From a virus (taxonomy: Duplodnaviria; Caudoviricetes), in the IMG/VR virus record IMGVR_UViG_3300020050_005097, positions 1 through 64,000 of that record: DNA of 64,000 nucleotides. One strand, given 5' to 3'. Position 1 is the stretch's first letter. Each line of letters opens with the position of its first letter. Position numbers and translations under genes: made by a program. Shown piece after piece: positions 1 through 8,953 of the stretch. A model generated the notes under the pieces. The model ran no database searches, had not been told where the DNA came from, and saw only the letters and a list, made by a program, of their open reading frames with translations.

Positions 1-2329
1 GGCGTTCTAATGGAGCATTACGTTCAGCAAGTCTTAACTTTGCAACCAGGGACTTCACTTCAGAGGCGTATGTCTTAGCTGCTGACTCAGAGTACTTAGA
101 CTTCGGAACACTAAGAGACGCAAGACGTGCCTTGTTACCCAAGTCTTTAAGTCTATTGGAATGATCAGCATAAATACTCTCAATACGAGTACCAGAAGAT
201 AGGGTGTGTGCATCTTTAGTATTAGCAAGAGCCTTTACTACAGAGGTATTTGGAATCACCTTACCGGTCTTAGGGTGGGTATAGGTACGTCCCGTTTGAT
301 CATAGACTCTTTCACCAGTCTTAGGATCAATCGACCCACCCTTAGACGCCTTACGAAGATCCTGTTGAGGGACGTGTATATCAGCCCCTGCTCTAGAGAT
401 CAACGTAGATGCGCCACCAGAACCACGTGGGCCCTGATACTTAAGCTTCAACTCCGCAATGTTGTGGTCAATAGCAGACTGTCTGAAGTTAAGCCCATGC
501 TTCTCGGCATCAATAACTACCATAGAATGACGGACGGCCCGTGCTAACTCATCAGTAGACGCCTTCTTAATTGTCATGTCAGTAATGAGGTTACTGATCT
601 CGCCCATCTGTGCTTGGGTCTGACTCTTAGTCATCCTCTTCATACCTGGGTACTCTTTGTACTGGTGTTGAGGATCAAAGTTCTTAAGCTTCTCAAGAGC
701 GGCAGTATTCTTAACCTTGCCGTCCCTATTAGGAATCACAAGAACCGTATCACCATCAAAGTCAGCGCCAGACAAACGTTCTGCTACACTATGGTGAATA
801 CCAACAGCATCACGAGCCTGCTTAAGAAGAGTCTTAGCTTCCTTGTTTCTGTTGTTAACAGTAAGCTCAGGAATCTCGAACGTCCCACCATGAGGATGTC
901 TAATCAGAACAACACGTTCGCCCTGTGCATAGTTGGGCGCATAGATCTCTGTAGGCTTCATACTAGAGATAGGTAGAATCACATGATGCCCATGTGTACC
1001 CGGAATAGCAGCTGCCTTAAGATGTACAGCAGCAGAATCAGATTCATCACCAAAGTCTTCTAACAGCTTCCTCTTAACTTCAGGATTTGTTAGTTCAGAG
1101 ATTCTCTTGAATTCTTCTTGTCGCTGTTTAAAGGTTAGATCTAATTGCCTCTTAGCAAGGGTGGGGTTCTGCTTAGAAAGCATCTGCGACGACAGAGTTC
1201 GTGACCATTCAGACCACTTACCTTCATCATTCACAATGTTCATAGCAGAGGTGACAACTTCTTTACCATCTATCTTCTCGATAATCTGGTCTTTAATGTT
1301 GGCACCATACGGGTTGTCTTTATCAATCTTACCCGTCTTCTTAATGGTCTTCAATGGTTTCAGAGCATCAAGTTTATTACCAGTGTCAGACTTGTTGGTA
1401 TTAAACTGAATGTCCACACCCTTAGGTAGATCGTGCTTATACACAGCCATACCCTTAAGGTAATGCGTGCCATCTACAGTAACACGAACCTGTGCATAAC
1501 TTGCCCCACCAATAGACACATCTTTAACACCAGGTCGAACAAAGAGAACGCCGTCCGCTTTGTTGCCACCATCAGGACCATAAACAACCTGAACCCGCTT
1601 AGAATCAATCGACAGAGGCGTCTTAATCCCTAATTGCGTTCGCCCAAGATCCTTAGATCGACTAGCAATTTGTTGGATGTTGAACTTGTTCTGAGCAACT
1701 TGACCCCACTCAGTACCTGGAGGAGCCAACACCTTAACATTGGTCTTCTTACCAGTACCCAACTGCTCGACAGGAACTGAGTGTAACGAGTATCCTTCTT
1801 CACGAAGCATTGCAACAGCGCCATCAAGAGTGCTCTTAGTGATACCGTTGTGGTGCTCTACACCCTTACCAACATCGATGTATGTCTTCTTTGCGACCTG
1901 CTCTTTAAGCATTTCGGCAGTCGTAGTAAGAATACTGGCCTTCTCTTTTGCGCCAGGAGCAAGTAGTGCTCGAACGCTAGACTCACCAGGAAGACCCATC
2001 TTCTTAGCGATGGCCGGGTTAGAAAGACCCTTATCCTTAAGACGCTGGGCTTGGTCCTGTTGTGCCTGCTTCTGTTCGTTCTTAGCGATCTTCTTAGCAG
2101 CTCGAAGCTGTGTAGTAGAGAAATGCTCGGTAACGTTACCCTGTTCATCATGAATGTCAAAAGCTTTACAGATCTCAACAGGAGACATTCCCTGTTTCTC
2201 GAGATCACCAATAACCTCAAGAAACTTCTTGTTACGACTGGATTGAGAGTTACCTGATCCCCATGGGTATCGACCGCTACGTCTCAGGATTCCGTAGTGG
2301 GCAAGATATGCATCTTCATCAATGATCAC
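1..2329 (-). CDS. Putative single-subunit two-barrel (DFDGD) RNA polymerase, YonO/RdRP-like, with N-terminal HTH; 3' end outside window
   Basis: Hand translation from GTG at 2329 (overlaps upstream TAG): MIIDEDAYLAHYGILRRSGRYPWGSG... Frame appears open to the window edge (776 codons; segments translated by hand, and no in-frame ORF with a stop is in the track). Contains VVLIRHPHGGTFEIPEL and LSGADFDGDTVLV (DFDGD at 749-763), plus HTH-like GLSNPAIAKKMGLPGESSVRALL. Confidence 0.75.
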   Translation of the reverse strand, partial: MIIDEDAYLAHYGILRRSGRYPWGSGNSQSSRNKKFLEVIGDLEKQGMSPVEICKAFDIHDEQGNVTEHFSTTQLRAAKKIAKNEQKQAQQDQAQRLKDKGLSNPAIAKKMGLPGESSVRALLAPGAKEKASILTTTAEMLKEQVAKKTYIDVGKGVEHHNGITKSTLDGAVAMLREEGYSLHSVPVEQLGTGKKTNVKVLAPPGTEWGQVAQNKFNIQQIASRSKDLGRTQLGIKTPLSIDSKRVQVVYGPDGGNKADGVLFVRPGVKDVSIGGASYAQVRVTVDGTHYLKGMAVYKHDLPKGVDIQFNTNKSDTGNKLDALKPLKTIKKTGKIDKDNPYGANIKDQIIEKIDGKEVVTSAMNIVNDEGKWSEWSRTLSSQMLSKQNPTLAKRQLDLTFKQRQEEFKRISELTNPEVKRKLLEDFGDESDSAAVHLKAAAIPGTHGHHVILPISSMKPTEIYAPNYAQGERVVLIRHPHGGTFEIPELTVNNRNKEAKTLLKQARDAVGIHHSVAERLSGADFDGDTVLVIPNRDGKVKNTAALEKLKNFDPQHQYKEYPGMKRMTKSQTQAQMGEISNLITDMTIKKASTDELARAVRHSMVVIDAEKHGLNFRQSAIDHNIAELKLKYQGPRGSGGASTLISRAGADIHVPQQDLRKASKGGSIDPKTGERVYDQTGRTYTHPKTGKVIPNTSVVKALANTKDAHTLSSGTRIESIYADHSNRLKDLGNKARLASLSVPKSKYSESAAKTYASEVKSLVAKLRLAERNAPLER

Positions 2330-2889
2330 TACAGTTCCCCTTCCGCTTTGAGTAATTCGAGTTTACTATCGAAGTCAATGATTCTGTCCATGATCGCTAG
2401 AATGGTGTCTGGGTCTGGGACGTGTTTATCAACAGCATCGTTTTGATAGATGCGAAGCTCGATGTCAATGTCACGAGGATCAATGTTGTACTCTAAACAG
2501 AAAATAGACGTGTACACCTCTAATTGCTTGAAAGAAGCGGGTGTGATACCCGTCTTCAAATCGTGAATTCGAAGTTTGTTACGTCGGAAAGAGATAGCAT
2601 CAACCGTGCCAAAGCAATTGATCGAATAGAAGAGTGGTTGTTCAACTTCCATCTGATAAGCGATTGCGTCGGCTACATACATAGACATTGTGGGATATGA
2701 CTTGGATAACTTAATCTTGTGTGTGATACACTGCTGTGCGATTCGATGAAGCGCCGTACCTCTATCGGCAGCTCGATACGAATAGAATTTAGCAACGAGT
2801 TTCTGGTCTGTATAGTTAACCCAATGGTATGAACTAGGACTTAGAAACGCGTGCTTTCCGTCTACTTCTGAATGCTTGTTGAAGTTCAT
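2329..2889 (-). CDS. Cas4-like / PD-(D/E)XK exonuclease
   Basis: RGTALH, FGTVDAISF and IHDLKTG motifs, QLEVY. Confidence 0.7.
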   Translation of the reverse strand: MNFNKHSEVDGKHAFLSPSSYHWVNYTDQKLVAKFYSYRAADRGTALHRIAQQCITHKIKLSKSYPTMSMYVADAIAYQMEVEQPLFYSINCFGTVDAISFRRNKLRIHDLKTGITPASFKQLEVYTSIFCLEYNIDPRDIDIELRIYQNDAVDKHVPDPDTILAIMDRIIDFDSKLELLKAEGEL

Positions 2890-3151
2890 TCAGTACCTCT
2901 TCTTCGTTTTCCGGATAGATGAACGCAGAGAAAGACATCTCATTCATCCGTTCGACATAGTATCGTTGATTGGGGCGCTCTGTTGCAAAACGTGAGGCCT
3001 TGACTTCGAGCGTGGCCCATTTGTCGCCGAAAAAAATAACTAGGTCTGGAATGCCCTGTCTATAACTTGAGTCATTCTTGAGTACTTCGCAACCAGGAAA
3101 CATTTCATACAACTTTTGAATGATGTATGCCTGGTATTTGTTCTCTCTCAT
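2834..3151 (-). CDS. VRR-NUC family nuclease / Holliday junction resolvase
   Basis: GIPDLVI...ATLEVKAS...RPNQRYY; start moved to MRENKYQ. Confidence 0.75.
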   Translation of the reverse strand: MRENKYQAYIIQKLYEMFPGCEVLKNDSSYRQGIPDLVIFFGDKWATLEVKASRFATERPNQRYYVERMNEMSFSAFIYPENEEEVLNELQQAFRSRRKARVSKS

Positions 3152-3186
3152 AATGCCCCCAAGCAAAAGAAAAATGGACATTCTCC

Positions 3187-3211
3187 TATATTAGCCCATG
3201 TTATTGCTGCG
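3187..3211 (-). promoter_or_regulatory. Conserved phage promoter motif copy 1 (heads VRR-NUC/Cas4/RNAP operon)
   Basis: CGCA GCAATA ACA TGGGC TAATATA. Confidence 0.7.
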
Positions 3212-3242
3212 ACTCTATACTTACTTTTGATTTCACCCCCAT

Positions 3243-3743
3243 TCAACCCTCTCTGTACCAATCAAACAGATGCCATGTTGGAAACACAGGAACCTTGTTC
3301 ACCAATGCCAACTTGATCTCGTAGAACAGTAGACCATTCGTAGTGGCCGCGCTAACAACGTTATCGTACAACAAACCAGTATGTCGATCCACAATTGGCC
3401 CAATGGTTACATACTCGTCAACAGTCTTGAACTGAGAAGTGTACTTCCAAGCAAACCAGGCCGGCCTCCACACCAGATTCTCAATGTGGTTGTTCTGTTG
3501 ATCACCATCCAAATTGATCGGAGAGTCAAAGATATCTGTTTGACCAGTAACAAACGCGCTTGCCACCAGAAGCTTCACCGACTTGGTATATTGTTTACCG
3601 TCCTTCATCAACCCAACCTTAGACATTCCTTGCATCGTACAGCTTTGTTTGACCAACCTTTCTCGAACGTCATTTCGGATGCGTCCGTGAGTGCTTACAG
3701 AGTACTTTGGAAAGCCAAGAATTTTGGCCCAAATTTCGTCCAT
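3243..3743 (-). CDS. NUMOD4 + degenerate HNH protein
   Basis: WAKILGFPKYSVSTHGRIRN (NUMOD4-like); INLDGDQQNNHIENLVW lacks the first His of the HNH motif. Confidence 0.65.
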   Translation of the reverse strand: MDEIWAKILGFPKYSVSTHGRIRNDVRERLVKQSCTMQGMSKVGLMKDGKQYTKSVKLLVASAFVTGQTDIFDSPINLDGDQQNNHIENLVWRPAWFAWKYTSQFKTVDEYVTIGPIVDRHTGLLYDNVVSAATTNGLLFYEIKLALVNKVPVFPTWHLFDWYREG

Positions 3744-3764
3744 TTTAGTCCTCAAATCTTTTCA

Positions 3765-4341
3765 AAAAAGTAAGTATAAAGGTCCTAAAAAATAGGGTAG
3801 GTCTATACTTACTTTTTGAACTTTTTGGCGATTTTGACAAAAACAAGACTTTGTCGAAAAACTTTCTATAAAATGTAGAGGTCTATACTTACTTTTTTCC
3901 GCGCGTATATAAGTAAGTATAGACCTCTGCAATTTTAAGAAAGTTTTTCACAAAAATCTTGGATTTGTCCAGAGCTCTGAAAAAAGTTCGAAAAGTAAGT
4001 ATAAGGATTTTCAAAACCGCATGTAGGATGGGTTCTGGAGGTCTATACTTACTTTCAGACTTTTTTCTTTTTTCTCGAATTTTTCACTTTTTTGTTCATT
4101 TTTTGTGAACTTTTTGAAAACACTACTTTTTGACCCTCGAAATCGACCCGTTTTGAGCACTTTTCAGCACGGTTTTGGCCCTCTACAAAGCCTCATAACC
4201 ACCCGATATCGACCCTCAAAACAGCCGATTTTCAGCGACATTTCAAAAAGTTCTCAAAAAGTGCTCAGATTTGTCCAAAACCGAAAAACGCGAAAAGTTC
4301 GAAAAGTAAGTATAGACCCCCTATAGTCTATACTTACTTTT
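3765..4341. repeat. AT-rich origin-like region with 8 iteron-like GTCTATACTTACTTT copies in both orientations and a ~60-bp inverted repeat
   Basis: Copies near 3767(r, degenerate), 3801, 3881, 3911(r), 3991(r, degenerate), 4041, 4303(r), 4326; arms ~3832-3893 and 3911-3972 are imperfect reverse complements; poly-A/T tracts; no credible ORF. Confidence 0.75.
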
Positions 4342-5582
4342 CATCCCCAATCTGCCTCGAAAATAGGCAGATTTTCATCCGCCCATTTACGCTCATTAAA
4401 CGTCTGTTTTACATTCAAAGAAGCACGTACTGCACGGTCCACAGGAGACTCTGAAACCAGTGAATAATAGTACAAATCTCTAAACGTAGACGTGAGTCTG
4501 TCGATCCTACCCTGTGACTGTTCGAACTTCTTATAGGAGTAAGTCAGGGAGTAGAACACCATTGCATCAGTCTCGATACAGTTCCAACCTTCAGCACCAG
4601 CAGTGTACTGCACAAGATATACCCAGTTGTCAGACTTAGGAATCTCTTGCTTGCGGTGACCATTCCACTCTGCAATAGAAGGCCACTTACTATCAGCACC
4701 ATTCATCTCTCCAACACCAACAAGATCAGACCACGTGTCGTTCAACTCACGCAGCATATCAAGTTCGTAGTTGTAGTTATAGAACACAATGAGCTTAGGG
4801 TGAATCTCCATCAACTCACGCAGAGCAATCAACCGAGATGGGTCGCCATACACGATCTTACGACACACCGCGAACAACTCTCCGGCTTCTCGAATGGGTC
4901 TATCCTCGAAGGGATTCCATCGATCTTTCCATGCGATGTTGAACAAGTCTATGTCGTAGAACACCTCGATCTGTTTGTGATGACGAGTAGCATCACTCAA
5001 GTACTCCATCTCAACGAGTACTTCTTTCTTCAACTTCTCGAGCTTGGCAACCCCCAGAAATCGTTCAATCTTAGGATATCTACTGAACGGCGCATAGACA
5101 ACATGCTCACGTTTGAACTGAGTTACGTTCTTGTAGAACCCGTTAGCGATGAACACCGGAACATAGTCCAGCCAAGTATCTCCGGGGGTTGCGCTCAAGA
5201 TAAGCCAAGCGTTTCCGTTCTTCACGATCTTCTGAAACGACTTGACCCAGGCTCCGTTACCTACAAGCCTCTGTTCGTCGAAGATGAAGAAGCTGTCTTT
5301 GACTTCCTCGTATTTACTAATATTGTTCCACGAGTCGATGTGTAACACACCGGCAACCGAGGTATCTTCCGTGAGTCCAATACCAAACTTCGCCGCGTCT
5401 CCTTGCCATTCGAGAGAGTCCCGTTTCTTGGCGGTGGTGATGACATAGATATCATCCAACATCTCCTTTTCCATGTAGTAGGCCAGAGCGACAATGGATT
5501 TACCGCTACCAACACCACCCCACAAGATCTTCCCGTTACTCAGTCGGTTCAGTACTTCCCTCTGGTGAGGCATCAGTTCCAT
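4341..5582 (-). CDS. SF2 DNA helicase
   Basis: GGVGSGKS Walker A, FIFDEQR, LSATPG, QYTAGAEGWN, QSQGRIDR. Confidence 0.85.
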   Translation of the reverse strand: MELMPHQREVLNRLSNGKILWGGVGSGKSIVALAYYMEKEMLDDIYVITTAKKRDSLEWQGDAAKFGIGLTEDTSVAGVLHIDSWNNISKYEEVKDSFFIFDEQRLVGNGAWVKSFQKIVKNGNAWLILSATPGDTWLDYVPVFIANGFYKNVTQFKREHVVYAPFSRYPKIERFLGVAKLEKLKKEVLVEMEYLSDATRHHKQIEVFYDIDLFNIAWKDRWNPFEDRPIREAGELFAVCRKIVYGDPSRLIALRELMEIHPKLIVFYNYNYELDMLRELNDTWSDLVGVGEMNGADSKWPSIAEWNGHRKQEIPKSDNWVYLVQYTAGAEGWNCIETDAMVFYSLTYSYKKFEQSQGRIDRLTSTFRDLYYYSLVSESPVDRAVRASLNVKQTFNERKWADENLPIFEADWG

Positions 5583-5820
5583 CGTTCGCCTCTCGTGTAA
5601 GAACGGTTGGGTCCATAATCAAATGCGCAGCAGCATTGCGTTGTTCAACACTATGAATACGAACCTCATTCCAACCGAACGTATGGTGAAAAAGGGCAAT
5701 CGCTTTGCCAACATCAAAAGTCACAACATGTGCGCTAACATTTCTTCGCCAGTTCTGTCCTTCTTTTGCTGGAAGCGACCCCTTCACTTCATAGATCCAC
5801 GGTCCATTGTATTTAGTCAT
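5536..5820 (-). CDS. Hypothetical protein
   Basis: ORF in operon, overlaps neighbours. Confidence 0.55.
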   Translation of the reverse strand: MTKYNGPWIYEVKGSLPAKEGQNWRRNVSAHVVTFDVGKAIALFHHTFGWNEVRIHSVEQRNAAAHLIMDPTVLTREANDGTDASPEGSTEPTE

Positions 5821-6166
5821 CGCACGTCTCCTCAGAGTTTCTTAGGGCATGTTCCAAACGAAGAATCAGCGGGTTACTATACGGAAACTCGGTGTAATCC
5901 GGGACTCCATAAAGGAACCCAAGACCAATACCGTTATCTCGGATCTGATTAGCAAGCCCAGATACCTCCAACAGTTCGAGAAGAACCTCATAGTCCTCTT
6001 CGTACTTAACCCTTTCTGAGATCAAACGTTTATTAAGTTGTCGAAGATCCCTTTCGGCATCAAGAACATCACTCTGAAGCCCTCCGATTTTCTGTCCCTT
6101 TGTGGTAAGAGCATCGAACTGCTTCTTAAGAGTTTCCCGGAGAATCTTTTCAGTTTCATCCATCAT
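5813..6166 (-). CDS. Hypothetical coiled-coil protein
   Basis: Operonic ORF, heptad-rich. Confidence 0.6.
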   Translation of the reverse strand: MMDETEKILRETLKKQFDALTTKGQKIGGLQSDVLDAERDLRQLNKRLISERVKYEEDYEVLLELLEVSGLANQIRDNGIGLGFLYGVPDYTEFPYSNPLILRLEHALRNSEETCDD

Positions 6167-6578
6167 TATCGGTTTCCTCCATTAGTAGTTGATATCCCAA
6201 AGTCATAGCCATCGCGAAGTCAATCTTATCAATTGACGGATTACGTTCAGCCCACTTAGCGAATTCAATCTCATCACGTGGTGGGTAATACGAAAACCAC
6301 TCATCCATTTCTTGCCTAGGACGGAAAGTGTGGATCCATCGTAGATTGTTGGTGAGTGGGTGAAGCACTGGTGCCAGCATCACACCAAACCCATCGTTGA
6401 GCTGATTACAAAGCCTATCGTCTTCCAAATGGATAGTACCAAGAACACCACCGCCATCAATCGTAGAAGTCAGCTTATAGGTACTAGTCCCAATAGACGT
6501 TTTGAGATTACGTAACTCAGCCTCAGCTTTCTCAGCCCGAGCCTGCCAATCAATTGGAGTTGGTTCACCCCATGGCAT
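6156..6578 (-). CDS. Hypothetical protein
   Basis: AGGAG RBS upstream, operonic. Confidence 0.6.
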   Translation of the reverse strand: MPWGEPTPIDWQARAEKAEAELRNLKTSIGTSTYKLTSTIDGGGVLGTIHLEDDRLCNQLNDGFGVMLAPVLHPLTNNLRWIHTFRPRQEMDEWFSYYPPRDEIEFAKWAERNPSIDKIDFAMAMTLGYQLLMEETDNDG

Positions 6579-6589
6579 ATGATTACTCC

Positions 6590-6838
6590 TTAATTAGGGA
6601 ACAGAATTGTATCCATCTTAAGCCACTTAGGTGGCGGACCATCAAGACGAAGCTCTGCTGGAGTTTGGTTTGATCCGTGGTCTTCTATGGTGTATTGAGT
6701 GTTCAACTCCCAGTAAGCCTCACAAACCTCTTTGAATTGTGATTCCGCTTCTTTACGACATCGTTTGCACCACCACTTATAGCCTTTGAAGAAGTGCTTC
6801 ATGCAAGCAGGCATCTTGAAGTATGGTAAAGAATCCAT
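6590..6838 (-). CDS. Hypothetical Cys-containing protein
   Basis: ATGA overlap with upstream stop; C-x2-H...C-x2-C. Confidence 0.55.
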   Translation of the reverse strand: MDSLPYFKMPACMKHFFKGYKWWCKRCRKEAESQFKEVCEAYWELNTQYTIEDHGSNQTPAELRLDGPPPKWLKMDTILFPN

Positions 6839-7761
6839 CAATCCTCCCAAACAGTAGACCAGTGAGTAACCTCTGCCCAACCACCACAATTGTCCACAGG
6901 ACACACCATTCCACTGTTATCCAGTATAGAAGTACCGTCGTTCGGGTATTTTTTAATACTGGTCTGGCCACAAGTTGCGCAGTAGTAGCTGAGATTTACC
7001 ACCGGTGCCTTAGGTTTGACATCAAATAGTTCTTCAGAGATCAAGTAGCTGAGATTTACCACCGGTGCCTTAGGTTTGACATCAAATAGTTCTTCAGAGA
7101 TCACTGCGTTCTTAACACCAGACCGTGGGTTATCAATGATCGGATACATAAACCGCAGTTGAGCATACGTGTTAGCACAATACCGACAGCTAATCCGGTC
7201 ATAGATCGTCCCGGACTTCGTGATGTTCACAACCTCTGACTCACAAGAACTGCATTTGTAAGTGATGTGCACTTCATCTTTAGGGACAGGCGCCGTGACT
7301 TTAAGTGGAGTACTATCAGTAATCTTAGGCATTGATGGAGGATTTAAGTCTGTCTTTAGTACGATCTTACCCAAATCAGGAACACGGTAAACGGCCTTAT
7401 TGGTCTTCGGCTTAAGCGCATCAGCAAAGACATCCGCCACAGCCTCAAACACTTCATCACCAAGCTCCTCAATCACAAGAGCTCGCAAGAGGATGAGGTA
7501 ATTGATATGATCGCCAATCTTCTCATCCCACATAGCAAGGTCTGCACACTCATCAGCCCGTAACAGGTCGTAGATTGACACAGTGTGCTTCACCATCATG
7601 CCACCAAGGGCCCGACGATTGCTAACACCTTCAGTGACAGCAGCCACCTTGAAGTTGTGAAGCTTGTCCTCGGTGGCGTATTCCTTACTCTTACTAGCCA
7701 GAACAGAGCGAGACTTCTCTACAGTCTCCTCGAAAATGCGATCAAACTCGTCGTGCAGCAT
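6838..7761 (-). CDS. Nucleotide-modification-associated (DUF1599/Nmad-like) N-terminal domain plus zinc ribbons
   Basis: Start reassigned to MLHDEFD (AAGGAGG RBS); SKSKEYATEDKLHNF...GMMVKHTVSI; CSSC/CRYC and CATC/CPVDNC pairs. Confidence 0.5.
   Translation of the reverse strand: MLHDEFDRIFEETVEKSRSVLASKSKEYATEDKLHNFKVAAVTEGVSNRRALGGMMVKHTVSIYDLLRADECADLAMWDEKIGDHINYLILLRALVIEELGDEVFEAVADVFADALKPKTNKAVYRVPDLGKIVLKTDLNPPSMPKITDSTPLKVTAPVPKDEVHITYKCSSCESEVVNITKSGTIYDRISCRYCANTYAQLRFMYPIIDNPRSGVKNAVISEELFDVKPKAPVVNLSYLISEELFDVKPKAPVVNLSYYCATCGQTSIKKYPNDGTSILDNSGMVCPVDNCGGWAEVTHWSTVWED
6984..7103. repeat. Perfect 60-bp tandem duplication (in frame, 20 aa)
   Basis: 6984-7043 identical to 7044-7103; protein ISEELFDVKPKAPVVNLSY twice. 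Confidence 0.97.
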
Positions 7762-8254
7762 TACGATACGCCTCCTTGTACGCGAACATGGGGTTACCTT
7801 CGGGGAGCATCCACATAAATTTATACCGGCCGGTAAGCGGATGACGCCCACCACATGCAGGACAAGCAATCCGCTCGGGGGTAGTGACTCTGAAGTTGTG
7901 ATACTCGCAGGCACCACACCTAACGCACATGTATAGTTGTTGAGTGTCGTGGTTCGTCGTCTTATACCCAGGCTCGGACTTCATCCAAAGTTTGCCGAAG
8001 ACTTCATCAACATAGACGGCGAACAAACCCGCGTCGTTCTTACAAACCCAATCGCCTTCTTCAGCAATGGTGTATGTATTATTTGTAGGTACCAATAATT
8101 TGCGAATATCATCTTCAACAAACGCACACGGCCCAGGCAATCCGTATGCCCCAACGAACTGTTGCATCTCAAGCACGTTGTCATGACGCAACTGTACAGC
8201 TTCAATTTCCTCTGGTCGTGGAATGAACTTTTGGCGCTTAAACAACATAGTCAT
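7742..8254 (-). CDS. Conserved phage protein (xKP..EAVQ family) with C-terminal zinc ribbon
   Basis: RPEEIEAVQL...AEEGDWVCK...VFGKLW; CVRC/CPAC. Confidence 0.55.
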   Translation of the reverse strand: MTMLFKRQKFIPRPEEIEAVQLRHDNVLEMQQFVGAYGLPGPCAFVEDDIRKLLVPTNNTYTIAEEGDWVCKNDAGLFAVYVDEVFGKLWMKSEPGYKTTNHDTQQLYMCVRCGACEYHNFRVTTPERIACPACGGRHPLTGRYKFMWMLPEGNPMFAYKEAYRNAARRV

Positions 8255-8503
8255 TAGGTCTCCTTAATTAATTCTCAGTAGTAGCAACGTGGACAGGCTT
8301 GCCAGGCACAAACCCATAGCAGATCAATTACAAACTTGACCATCAGGTTCTCCTAACAATTGGATAGCAGTAGTTAGGACATCCACCAACACCACAGATA
8401 ACCCTCTCTGGAAGTTGGTTTAGGAATACGAAATTGTTCATGTGCGGGGGTCGAACAATCGTTTTAGTGCTCTTACACTCAGGGCAAATATAAACCTGCT
8501 CCA

Positions 8504-8875
8504 TCAATCACCCTCCGTCTTGTCTTCGTCATACAATCGACGATGAACGGCTTGATACAACCGATAAACAGCAGCCTTGTTATCATCGGTTGGTTGAATA
8601 CGAAACTTGGCAAGAAACCTCTGGTAACCAAAATCCCCGTAAGACGATCGGTCATTGAAAATCGTGCTACACAGGCCGATCTCTACAAAAGCATCGATCT
8701 GTCGAACCATATCTGCATGTTGCGTTTCTAACTGGTTCTTATTCCGAGCAAGTTGAAGTTCCAAATGTGCAATTTCAGCTTCGGTTTTGATAACCTGCTC
8801 AACATAAGTAATCACGGTTGGGGTATTCTTCACCACGAATTTGCGGAGCTGCTCGGCAGCAATGGGGCTATCCAT
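8504..8875 (-). CDS. Hypothetical protein
   Basis: GGAGG RBS, coiled coil. Confidence 0.6.
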   Translation of the reverse strand: MDSPIAAEQLRKFVVKNTPTVITYVEQVIKTEAEIAHLELQLARNKNQLETQHADMVRQIDAFVEIGLCSTIFNDRSSYGDFGYQRFLAKFRIQPTDDNKAAVYRLYQAVHRRLYDEDKTEGD

Positions 8876-8953
8876 TAATCATCCTCCGGTAGTAGACCGA
8901 TCCAGATATAGAATCGCTCAAGTCGTTTAAGCCATCTGTTCCAGATCATTATG

